Shown one piece after another: positions 53,857 to 62,163 of a stretch of 64,000 nt of DNA. Location of the stretch: positions 14,097-78,096 of IMG/VR virus record IMGVR_UViG_3300003691_000003. One strand, 5' to 3'. The translations under genes were made by a program, and so were the position numbers. Source of the DNA: a virus (lineage: Duplodnaviria; Heunggongvirae; Uroviricota; Caudoviricetes). Position 1 is the stretch's first letter, and every line of letters begins with the position of its first letter. The notes under the pieces are model-generated. The model ran no database searches and was not told the origin of the DNA. It saw only the letters and a list, made by a program, of their open reading frames with translations.

Positions 53857-54702
53857 AGGCATTACATGTACGTAAGTCCACGGGTCGTGCTTATTACTCT
53901 TGGATGCATTATCAGGCCCCGTCAATGGTTGTAGATTGTAATGTACGTGTAACCCACATACTAACTTCCCCATTAATGGTACTATATGATCGTTTTGAAA
54001 AGCTATGCCGGTTAGCTCAGATAGGTCAGAAGTTTCCTGGTACACAGCTGTGGTCTTCTTAGAATCAAACCAAGGAGGAGTCGCATGCTTCTTAGTAGCT
54101 CTTCGTTTTGCCCAATGTGCCCGCATCTGAGGCCTATGAGTATCTCTGTACCGCTTATAGACAAGCAATCGTTCAGGTTTGGTACGGAGATAATAATCTC
54201 TTTGTTCAATTTTTATTCTCTCTCGGTTAGCTTCTCGGTATTTAATAACTCTAGTGCGTATCTTCTCCTTATTGGCAAGACGGTACTTTTTATCTCTTAT
54301 GCGTATCTTCTCCTTATTAGTATCTCTATACCTCTGCTGCTGCTCGTCCATCCTCTCCTTGTTAGCTGCTCGGTACGCCCTGTAAGTCTCATGCTTAGAT
54401 TCTTGGTAGTTAGCGAAGTGTTCTGGGCCCTTTGCACGTTCAGCTTCGAGTTTTTTTAATTCGTTAGCCCTTCTAATAGAGTTGATGTAATCCTTATTTT
54501 TAGCATGATGCTCCCGTGCCCGTTTACGCATCCTCTCTGGATCTTCAAGCCTGGCCATTCTTCGAGACTCATTCATGCAAGTAACACATCGGGTATTATC
54601 CACTCTGCGTTCGACAACGTGTCCATGCTTACACGGCCCACCAGTAAAGTATGTCTTGAGGCCCTGCTCTTTTGCTTCTTTTCTTAGTATTATCGTTTTC
54701 AT
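53851..54702 (-). CDS. HNH endonuclease with an internal Lys/Arg-rich repeat region (putative homing endonuclease)
   Basis: N-terminal zinc-binding GGPCKHGH...CVTC. Four ~15-aa repeats NKE(K/R)I.....YR.A. The C-terminal NDHIVPLMGKLVCGLHVHYNLQPLTGPDNASKSNK is paralogous to the HNH core of 20509..21162. Confidence 0.6.
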   Translation of the reverse strand: MKTIILRKEAKEQGLKTYFTGGPCKHGHVVERRVDNTRCVTCMNESRRMARLEDPERMRKRAREHHAKNKDYINSIRRANELKKLEAERAKGPEHFANYQESKHETYRAYRAANKERMDEQQQRYRDTNKEKIRIRDKKYRLANKEKIRTRVIKYREANRERIKIEQRDYYLRTKPERLLVYKRYRDTHRPQMRAHWAKRRATKKHATPPWFDSKKTTAVYQETSDLSELTGIAFQNDHIVPLMGKLVCGLHVHYNLQPLTGPDNASKSNKHDPWTYVHVMPS

Positions 54703-54868
54703 GTCACGTATTACAACATAACAGACCAGCCCCAGTCAACGGACTATAGTCACGGACCATTTATTAGATAATAATCCAAGTCTCAATTCACGGGGAAAGC
54801 CGCCCCAGACCCTTATAGTGATCCAAATCAGAGAATACTAACGAATACTAGCCACTATAGTGATCTAC

Positions 54869-55201
54869 TTATTTCTTCTCATCCCGCTTAGACCATTTCT
54901 TTTCTATCGCATGCACATCCTTACGCCATTTGTTGTTCTTCTTAGCAGAACTATACCCTGACCCTGCACCTACTATACCACCGATAACTCCGGCAGCTGC
55001 AGATACTTTCTTGGATCTACCAGCTAATACTCGGGCTGCGGCTGTCGTGGCTATTCCCGCTACAGCTCCAGCTTTGGCAGCTTGTCCCTTTGGGCTTTGA
55101 TTTTTCGACTTATCAAATTTACCAGGATCAGGATAATCGTCACTATCCGAGGTTAAATCATATTTAGATTTTGCTATTTTCTCTAGATATATGTTCTTCA
55201 T
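54869..55201 (-). CDS. MNIYLEKIAE-family protein (divergent)
   Basis: Starts MKNIYLEKIAKSKYD. Contains GAVAGIATTAAARVLAG and AAAGVIGGIVGAGSGY glycine zippers. Confidence 0.5.
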   Translation of the reverse strand: MKNIYLEKIAKSKYDLTSDSDDYPDPGKFDKSKNQSPKGQAAKAGAVAGIATTAAARVLAGRSKKVSAAAGVIGGIVGAGSGYSSAKKNNKWRKDVHAIEKKWSKRDEKK

Positions 55202-55314
55202 GTTCAGTCTCCGTTATTAGTATTCAGTACGTCTAGTTTAAAGCATGGATGCTACTTATGTAAATACCTGATATAATCAAAGAACTGTATATAGACCTCA
55301 CTGGAGAACTATCC

Positions 55315-56271
55315 ATGAACCAACCGAGTATTAAGCCTAATGCGGCAGATGAACATATGAAGAAAGGGATCTTAGACTATATCTCTGAGTCAAGAATAGG
55401 AATGTCACTGGCCTGTATCGCCCTATCCATAGGGGTTCTGTTCTATCCTAAATGGGTTAGAGAAAGGATTGACGCCATCAGATCTAAGACGGGAGCGTAC
55501 GACAAAGTTCTAACATTGCTCGTGGACAACCCCCTTATTGAGCACGCAGCAGTGCTCAGAGAGATGAATTTGGATGCTCAGAGCTCTGTGCTGGCCTCTA
55601 ACGTGAGGTGGCTGTGTAATGATACCATCGAGGTGACTAAGAAGCTAACAAGAGCTCAGCACGTTATTAAGGGCAAAGATCTAGACATCAAGTTTACAAA
55701 TCAAGAGAATATAGACCTTATCTCCTTTATGACCAAGGTGTATCCTAGTTATTTAAGCATAGACCTCAATGAAAAGTTAGATGCTGACATGTCCAATATG
55801 GTTGTCATGGAAACTCCTTATGGTCAGATAGTATGGCACGTGCATGAAGACGAGTTGATGGCGTTCGATCACTTAGACATCCAAGACTACTCCCGAGAGC
55901 CTGATTCCCTGAGTATAGACAAGAGCGATTGCATTAGGATGTGCAAGAATTCCAAGATCAATCCCCATATAGGTAGCTACGGTAATGTCATAGCCTTTTA
56001 CTATGAAACTACCCGAGACAAACCTGTCGAGGTCCAAACCATTGCGGCGATGTCAGGGTACAACGATTATGTCGACGACCTAGCACCTAGACACATGTGG
56101 ATTGAGGTTGACCGGTATGGTACTAAGAAGTGTGTTAAGTATACATTCGAAGAAAGTACCGATGACCTACACGGAGAGAAGCTCGGGCCATCAATCACTG
56201 ACAATCCTCAGGTTGAGAAGAAGGGCTCAGTTATTCCATTACAGTTAGTACCTACACTGAAGCTGGACTAA
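55315..56271 (+). CDS. hypothetical protein
   Basis: 318-aa ORF with a GGAGAA RBS and one N-terminal hydrophobic helix (MSLACIALSIGVLFY). A strong terminator follows at 56314-56337. Confidence 0.5.
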   Translation: MNQPSIKPNAADEHMKKGILDYISESRIGMSLACIALSIGVLFYPKWVRERIDAIRSKTGAYDKVLTLLVDNPLIEHAAVLREMNLDAQSSVLASNVRWLCNDTIEVTKKLTRAQHVIKGKDLDIKFTNQENIDLISFMTKVYPSYLSIDLNEKLDADMSNMVVMETPYGQIVWHVHEDELMAFDHLDIQDYSREPDSLSIDKSDCIRMCKNSKINPHIGSYGNVIAFYYETTRDKPVEVQTIAAMSGYNDYVDDLAPRHMWIEVDRYGTKKCVKYTFEESTDDLHGEKLGPSITDNPQVEKKGSVIPLQLVPTLKLD

Positions 56272-56313
56272 GCCAATATCATAGGCTTCCTTTCTGGGAG
56301 CACAGTTCAGGGA

Positions 56314-56337
56314 GGAGTCATTGCGACTCCTTTTTTT
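56314..56337 (+). terminator. rho-independent terminator
   Basis: GGAGTC-attgc-GACTCC followed by TTTTTTT. Confidence 0.7.
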
Positions 56338-57704
56338 ATGAGTTACGAGAAAGTACGGATTTGTCACAGATTGGCAGACTAGTGTAAATGCTCTAGAGGC
56401 CACGTGATTGCTGACTATGGTGTTTTCTTGGATGAGGTGATAGGAACGAATTCTCAAAATCGTCACAGAAGAGTCACAGGAAAAGGTTACGTAAGTTACT
56501 GATATTTATACAGTTAAGGTAGTATGCCCTTTGAGAATATTTTTTACACTAGGAACAACCCCTCATATAAATATATTTTTTAAAGAAAAGTATATTATAT
56601 TACTATAGGTTGTCACAGAGTAACGGTAGAGAGGGAGAAGTTTTTCAGACGGAGTTTTACCTTGGTTGATGTTTTGTTGTAGCGGAAAATAGTTTCGCTG
56701 GATTTATTTTTTTATTTTCAAGTGAGGAATATTTCGTGTCGTATATTCTAAGTATCGTAGAAAATACCTGTGACACCGGAACAGGCTCGGAACGCTCGGG
56801 AACACCCTATTGTTCCCTGGGAAAGGTACGGGGTTATTGGTCTGAGGTGGTTTCTTAGAACGGTGGGAACAGCAGAAATTATTCTATTAGCCATTTATAG
56901 AAAACTGGAAATTATGGGTTGACACCAAATCATGACCCCGTGACGGTTTGTGTATTAGTTGAAAAAAATTATTTTCGTGTCACAGCCGTTCTAAAAACCT
57001 TGATGGGACCAGTCATACCGTGCGTCTCAGCGGGAACAATTGGGTGTTCCCAAGCTGTTCCCAAGCGTTCCCAGCTGTCACAAAAGTAGAAATCGTACAA
57101 TAAACGTACAACTTTTGTCGTTTAATTAGAATGTTTTCACTTTTCTTGACCGTCAAAATTTTGGCTCCCGGTATGAAAAAACGCTGAAACGCATTGAAAC
57201 ATTTGACACACTTTTTTATGACACCCTTTTTTGGACGGTTTTTAGCTAAAAACACTGTACGTTTTTTGTACAAATCGTACGTTTATTGTACAAATTGATC
57301 ACTTTTTGTCCCGGGACGAAAATAACGACACATTTGATGCAAATACGACACTGTAAGCTAGAAAATACCTTAGCTTTCTATCGTAACTACCATCCAAGCT
57401 CTCTAAATCATTAGAAAGCGTCAAAATATTGACACTATTTACTTCTTTGGCCTATCACACGTATAATCACTGTCAAATCCATGACAATACCCAAGAAAGT
57501 ACCGTAGTTACGACACTATGCTCCGCAGTCCACTACCTACGACTCTACATCCTTCTACTATACCTTACGAATCGCCCATGGAACAATCATGGAACAATTA
57601 CACGAATCGTCTTTGACCCTGTCACACATTGTAGCTATGTTAGTAACCACTAACCTATTTATTTGACTATAAATCACAGATGTTTCCAAGAAAGTACCGA
57701 AGAG

Positions 57705-57729
57705 TGGTATAAGTACTATAGAAAAGGAA
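57705..57729 (+). promoter_or_regulatory. extended -10 promoter copy 16
   Basis: TGGTATAAGTACTATAGAAAAGG, inside the non-coding repeat region. Confidence 0.45.
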
Positions 57730-57889
57730 CTTTAGGCGATAGTAATGTTACTCTAACTTAGAAATGTTCCTCGAATGTAACACCTACTGTTCCCGTGACT
57801 ACTCAACGAGCTTTAGGCGATAGAAAAGGAACTTTAACATATACATTGTTCCTCGAATGTAACACCTACTGTTCCCAAGGAAAATACCT

Positions 57890-58306
57890 ATGACCAATCC
57901 GACCCCGTTAGACCTTAAGCCAAAGGTTACATCAATGCATGAGATCAGGGCCTATCTATTTACATATGTCTCCGATATTTTCTCTGATAAGCTAGGCAAC
58001 TCGCTTGAACGCTTAGCTGTTGACACTAAGACATCACGCAGCAGTATCTTTTACTGGAGAGCACATGGTAGGTTCAGTCGACGTATGTTACTTAGAATGC
58101 TCAATCATCTGGACATAGAAGAGAGAGACTGGACTCATGCATTATCAATTACTGCTACAGCTCTCCATAAATCTCACTGGAGGATACTACCTAAGAAGAA
58201 AGACTACGATTCATCAGTAGTCTGTACTCTCGCATACCCTTCATTCAAACGAACCCTAGAAAACTCTGCAAAAAATTTGTCTGAGTTGGGTAAACCAAGA
58301 AAATAG
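57890..58306 (+). CDS. hypothetical protein with a possible HTH
   Basis: 138-aa ORF. LERLAVDTKTSRSSIFYWRAHG looks HTH-like. First gene after the repeat region. Confidence 0.45.
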   Translation: MTNPTPLDLKPKVTSMHEIRAYLFTYVSDIFSDKLGNSLERLAVDTKTSRSSIFYWRAHGRFSRRMLLRMLNHLDIEERDWTHALSITATALHKSHWRILPKKKDYDSSVVCTLAYPSFKRTLENSAKNLSELGKPRK

Positions 58307-58314
58307 CCAAACAC

Positions 58315-58339
58315 TGGTATAATTATTATGTAAGACCTA
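58315..58339 (+). promoter_or_regulatory. extended -10 promoter copy 17
   Basis: TGGTATAATTATTATGTAAGACC upstream of the SPFH gene. Confidence 0.5.
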
Positions 58340-58381
58340 ATTACTACTACATTTCACTAGAAACTTCAAAGGAGTTACACA

Positions 58382-59347
58382 ATGCAAGACGAACAGAAAA
58401 CAAAAAAGACATTCTTCTCAGAAACACGCAAGGATAGATACGGAGATGAACGTCTCACCCTTAGAGCAGGGAGGGTAGTTGGAGTAGCAATGTCATCATT
58501 CATTACTCTTATCATCATGGCAAACTCATACACAACTGTTAGTTCTGGTCACGTTAAGGTTAGAACCTTCTTCGGTGAGGTATCTCATGAGGAATTAGCT
58601 GAAGGGTTTCATGTCGTACATCCATTAGCTACATTCAGTAAGTATGATACGAGACAGCGTACCGTAACAATAGATAACATCATGGTTCCAAGTCAGGATA
58701 AGCTTAAGACCGATATGGATGTATCGATCATCTACAGTCTAACTGCAGCATCTGCATCAAACGTTAAGCAAACTGTTGGTTCTTTACAGGACCTAGAAAC
58801 TACCTTTCTTGTAGTCAAGGCTCGGTCATTGATTAGAGAGCTCGGCAAGGGTATTCTACAGTCTCAGGATTTCTTCCTAGATAGTGTACAGCAACAAATG
58901 CAGGTGGATGCTACTATCCAACTGTCTGAGTTCATGTCCAGTAAAGGAGTCGTAGTGCATGAGGTGTTATTTAGAGATGTGACACTACCATTGGTTGTAT
59001 CTAACGCCATTATCGAGACTAAGCAACGACAAGAGCAAGTGAATCAGGAAAAAGCTGCACTTCAGATTGTTGAGCAGAAGTCTAGACAAGTAGTAGTCCA
59101 AGCTAAAGCACAAGAAGACGCTGCGTTATCTACTGCTAACAAGAAACGTACACTTGCTGATGCTAATGCGTATGAAATACTTACAGCTGCAAGAGCTAAG
59201 GCAGAAGGTAACGACTTGGTTAAGAGATCTATCACGCCAACCTTGATAGAATATGTCAAAGCAACGTCATGGGATGGTAAATACCCTACAACCATGATGG
59301 GTAATGACACTCCGATACTTATGACTATGCCTGTTAAAAGTAATTAA
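58382..59347 (+). CDS. SPFH / band-7 (prohibitin, HflK/C-like) domain membrane protein
   Basis: N-terminal TM helix VVGVAMSSFITLIIMA. Then GHVKVRTFFGEV...GFHVVHPL...YDTRQ, the typical SPFH-domain opening. A long coiled-coil-like Q/A/K-rich region follows. Confidence 0.65.
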   Translation: MQDEQKTKKTFFSETRKDRYGDERLTLRAGRVVGVAMSSFITLIIMANSYTTVSSGHVKVRTFFGEVSHEELAEGFHVVHPLATFSKYDTRQRTVTIDNIMVPSQDKLKTDMDVSIIYSLTAASASNVKQTVGSLQDLETTFLVVKARSLIRELGKGILQSQDFFLDSVQQQMQVDATIQLSEFMSSKGVVVHEVLFRDVTLPLVVSNAIIETKQRQEQVNQEKAALQIVEQKSRQVVVQAKAQEDAALSTANKKRTLADANAYEILTAARAKAEGNDLVKRSITPTLIEYVKATSWDGKYPTTMMGNDTPILMTMPVKSN

Positions 59348-59469
59348 CATTTAATGTGTAAATAGAGGGTGGATTTGAACGTCTACCCTCTTCCATTCAT
59401 GTAAAATAATATTGTTACAGTTACTAAACTGTAATTTTTACTACTTTTAGATGAACTCGGAGAAGAATA

Positions 59470-59676
59470 GTGCCAATAATATATGATAAAAGTGACAGAC
59501 CTACCAAGCTACAAGAATGGCTGTTTGTCATCAGATGGATGTTGATATCATTTTACCTGCCTGAAATATATACATATGTAATGGACGCAGAACCTGGCAC
59601 AGTAATAATACTGTTCCAAATAGTACTGATAGCCTGGGCGTTGATACGTACAGACCTATTTGTGAGACCTAATTGA
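59470..59676 (+). CDS. small two-TM membrane protein
   Basis: 68 aa, hydrophobic. Confidence 0.4.
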   Translation: MPIIYDKSDRPTKLQEWLFVIRWMLISFYLPEIYTYVMDAEPGTVIILFQIVLIAWALIRTDLFVRPN

Positions 59677-59704
59677 TGTAATATACCTACGAGAGGAGAG
59701 AATC

Positions 59705-59959
59705 GTGGAACCCCTAATTACCCAACCTACCGAAAGCCTCTTGGATATAGAGGATATAATGTCATCCGACTACACAGTTAGTAAGGACAGTGCATCGATA
59801 TTAAAAGACGGTGCCCCTATAGATTACAGACTAGCCATTGCAATATCACTGACCCTCAGAAACGAAACCATTCGACGTTCGAAAATACTAGAAAAGCTAC
59901 GTGTAGACAGAAGTAACATGGCTAGTACTCGTTTGTTCTCAGACGAGGGTGTGTCATGA
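59705..59959 (+). CDS. hypothetical protein
   Basis: 84-aa ORF (GTG start per the track). Confidence 0.4.
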   Translation: MEPLITQPTESLLDIEDIMSSDYTVSKDSASILKDGAPIDYRLAIAISLTLRNETIRRSKILEKLRVDRSNMASTRLFSDEGVS

Positions 59960-60258
59960 AGGATATATCGGATAGACTAACTGAAGAAGTACGTGGCGTC
60001 CTGTTGTCTGAACCTGGACTGAGGCTGTATGGACCAGTGACTAAGTCTGAGATGCAGAGAGAGTTTCCAGACCTGAATGCACGAGCAATTGGACGTAGAT
60101 ACCGTCACAGAAAGATATTCAGACTGAACCACACTAACTATTCAACGGATGCATTGGTATTTATGATGAAACTAGATATAGCCTCGTTGAAGAGGCTCGG
60201 TAAGATAATTGATACCAAAATATCGGATGAACAAGAACGTTATAGGAGATTGTTATGA
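59956..60258 (+). CDS. hypothetical protein
   Basis: 100 aa with ATGA overlap. Confidence 0.45.
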   Translation: MKDISDRLTEEVRGVLLSEPGLRLYGPVTKSEMQREFPDLNARAIGRRYRHRKIFRLNHTNYSTDALVFMMKLDIASLKRLGKIIDTKISDEQERYRRLL

Positions 60259-60944
60259 GTATAATGGATTGGCAGGAAGTATCATTCGACACTGCAGCCT
60301 TAGATACTATTATTAGTACAGCACCACAGATGGACACGAGCGTTAAGTGGGTCGAAGAAAGTACCGAAGAAAACATCTCGGAAACCTCACTCACTGAAGA
60401 TGACGTAGAGGATCTATCACAGGCATTCAGCTTAGGTAATGATGGCGGTATCACTCTTTTCGGTGTGTGGTTAAACACTGATGAGATACTGAGAGCCTTG
60501 CAGGAATTGTATAAAAGATCTGAAGTCTTGGACGCACTAGAGAACACAGGTGCTACTGATCTATTCTCCAGTAACAAAGATATAGTGTCTCACTACACAC
60601 TCACTACTTTAGACAATGAAAGTGAGCTTTGCATTGCAGGGGGTAATGTACCTGTGTCCAAAGTACACATTATACGTGATCAATTAATGACCATGATGCG
60701 AAATAGTTTGAGTGATGACGTGGATTCGGTCGAACACGAGGCTATGCTGTCTGCATTGTGTGCACTTGATTGCAAAGGTTACCAAGATACTCATAAGACT
60801 GTATGCATGGAAACTATTAGGGATCTCGATGACTTTGAGTTAGAGATACGCAATAGACGTACTGCAACTGAGCAAGCTTCAGTAGATGGATTTATAGGTG
60901 ATTTGATGCTTCAGAACTCGACGGGGGATGACCATGAGCGCTAA
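60255..60944 (+). CDS. hypothetical protein, tandem paralog 1
   Basis: GVWLNTDEILRALQELYKRSEVLDALENTG... parallels GVWLDKLETIKLLEEYHKRSIALDILERAG... in the next ORF. Confidence 0.5.
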   Translation: MSIMDWQEVSFDTAALDTIISTAPQMDTSVKWVEESTEENISETSLTEDDVEDLSQAFSLGNDGGITLFGVWLNTDEILRALQELYKRSEVLDALENTGATDLFSSNKDIVSHYTLTTLDNESELCIAGGNVPVSKVHIIRDQLMTMMRNSLSDDVDSVEHEAMLSALCALDCKGYQDTHKTVCMETIRDLDDFELEIRNRRTATEQASVDGFIGDLMLQNSTGDDHER

Positions 60945-61491
60945 TGACCTAGACTATGAAACATCTATGATAGACGTCGATGTTAAGTATAGTATCAATG
61001 AAACAGGAGAGATAAGTCTCAACGGGGTATGGCTAGATAAGCTTGAAACCATTAAACTGCTAGAAGAGTATCACAAAAGGTCAATAGCCTTAGATATACT
61101 TGAGCGTGCAGGGATAGCTAACATGTTCGACCTTGACCTGGGCAAGCACAGTCACTACGAGCTTACCGCAACTAACACTTGCGGAGAGCTGACGATGGTG
61201 AATAGAGGTCCAGAGGGAGATCCAGATGCTTCTATTAACAACTCTGAGAAAATCCGAGATAGACTAATGTCTTCTATGAGAAGTAACTGCCCAGGGTACA
61301 ACTACTGCGAAGATGATGTTACCTATAACACGCTTAGATCAGCTGACCTGTCAATGTATGTAGATGGTGGAGCTCCGGTAGAGTTTGTAAATGAAGCCGA
61401 CATTGTAAGACGCACGGGGAGTACTCTCCCTATGTCTGAGGAAGAAATGATAGAAGAGCGCGATGAAATGAGACGTGTAGAATACTTCTAG
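60928..61491 (+). CDS. hypothetical protein, tandem paralog 2
   Basis: Paralog of 60255..60944. Confidence 0.5.
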   Translation: MTMSANDLDYETSMIDVDVKYSINETGEISLNGVWLDKLETIKLLEEYHKRSIALDILERAGIANMFDLDLGKHSHYELTATNTCGELTMVNRGPEGDPDASINNSEKIRDRLMSSMRSNCPGYNYCEDDVTYNTLRSADLSMYVDGGAPVEFVNEADIVRRTGSTLPMSEEEMIEERDEMRRVEYF

Positions 61492-61538
61492 CGTAGTTAA
61501 AATACGTATGAACTCACTAACTAACGGAGAAAATACCT

Positions 61539-61736
61539 ATGAAGTTCTTAATTGTACTACTCACTGTCTTTACCTTAGCCAGTTGTGGTGGACGTAGCTC
61601 AAAGCCAACACCATTTGAAGTGTCCCCGAACGACGAAGATACCATTATAATGCAAGGTTGCAGGGATCTGAAGAAAGAAGTCCTTGATTGGAACCTTAAC
61701 CACCCTAACGAAGCTCCTAAAACGGCGGATTGCTAA
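61539..61736 (+). CDS. small lipoprotein
   Basis: MKFLIVLLTVFTLASCGG: a signal peptide with the lipobox LASC. Confidence 0.55.
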   Translation: MKFLIVLLTVFTLASCGGRSSKPTPFEVSPNDEDTIIMQGCRDLKKEVLDWNLNHPNEAPKTADC

Positions 61737-61737
61737 T

Positions 61738-62136
61738 ATGACTGACTTAAAAGACAAGCTAGCAGCTATACACAAGCAAGTATTCGATCTTTTTACCTAT
61801 GCTGAAGACATTGTTCAGTATGGAATGGAAGAGAAGTGGGTAATGCCTGAGCGTGACTACGACGGAAGCGAGCCTATCCTTGGTGATTGCGAAGACTTTG
61901 CCCTTGCATGTAGGGCACTGTGCAGATTAGCAGGTGTAGATAACTCTCGTCTAATCTATTGTGTGACTGAAACTGATGAAGGACACTGTGTTCTGGAAGT
62001 AGAAGGTTGGATACTAGACAATAGACAAGAAAAACTAACAAGCCGAGATAGTGTGAGAGCTTTCGGTGGATACGAATGGGTTGCAGCTTCTGGATATAAT
62101 TCAGGCGAACCTTGGAGACTAATAACAAACGGATAA
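61738..62136 (+). CDS. transglutaminase-like cysteine peptidase fold protein
   Basis: GDCEDFALACRALCRLAGV...DEGHCVLEV...LDNRQ gives a Cys-His-Asp order and spacing as in the transglutaminase-like superfamily (G.C..FA.....LLR..GIP ... GHAW.EV). Confidence 0.45.
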   Translation: MTDLKDKLAAIHKQVFDLFTYAEDIVQYGMEEKWVMPERDYDGSEPILGDCEDFALACRALCRLAGVDNSRLIYCVTETDEGHCVLEVEGWILDNRQEKLTSRDSVRAFGGYEWVAASGYNSGEPWRLITNG

Positions 62137-62163
62137 CATCCGTGATTGCCATAAGGAGGACTT

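Larger units (their letters stand above)
56272..57889. repeat. 1.6 kb non-coding region dense with short repeat families (candidate regulatory hub / replication origin)
   Basis: No long ORF with an RBS. GTCACAG/TGTGAC occurs at least 8 times. GGAACA/TGTTCC clusters at 56770-56830 and 57030-57070. TTGTACAAAT-like palindromes lie at 57095-57300. A ~30-bp direct repeat GTTCCTCGAATGTAACACCTACTGTTCCC appears twice (57766-57795 and 57849-57878), with CTTTAGGCGATAG also duplicated. Several TTGACA-like hexamers are present. Confidence 0.6.

Noticed and set aside
56245-57653. ORFs 56245..56466 (-), 57013..57273 (-) and 57429..57653 (+) in the repeat region
   Set aside because: They lie in a region dominated by short DNA repeats, have no RBS and have odd composition. 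They are more likely chance frames in regulatory DNA.
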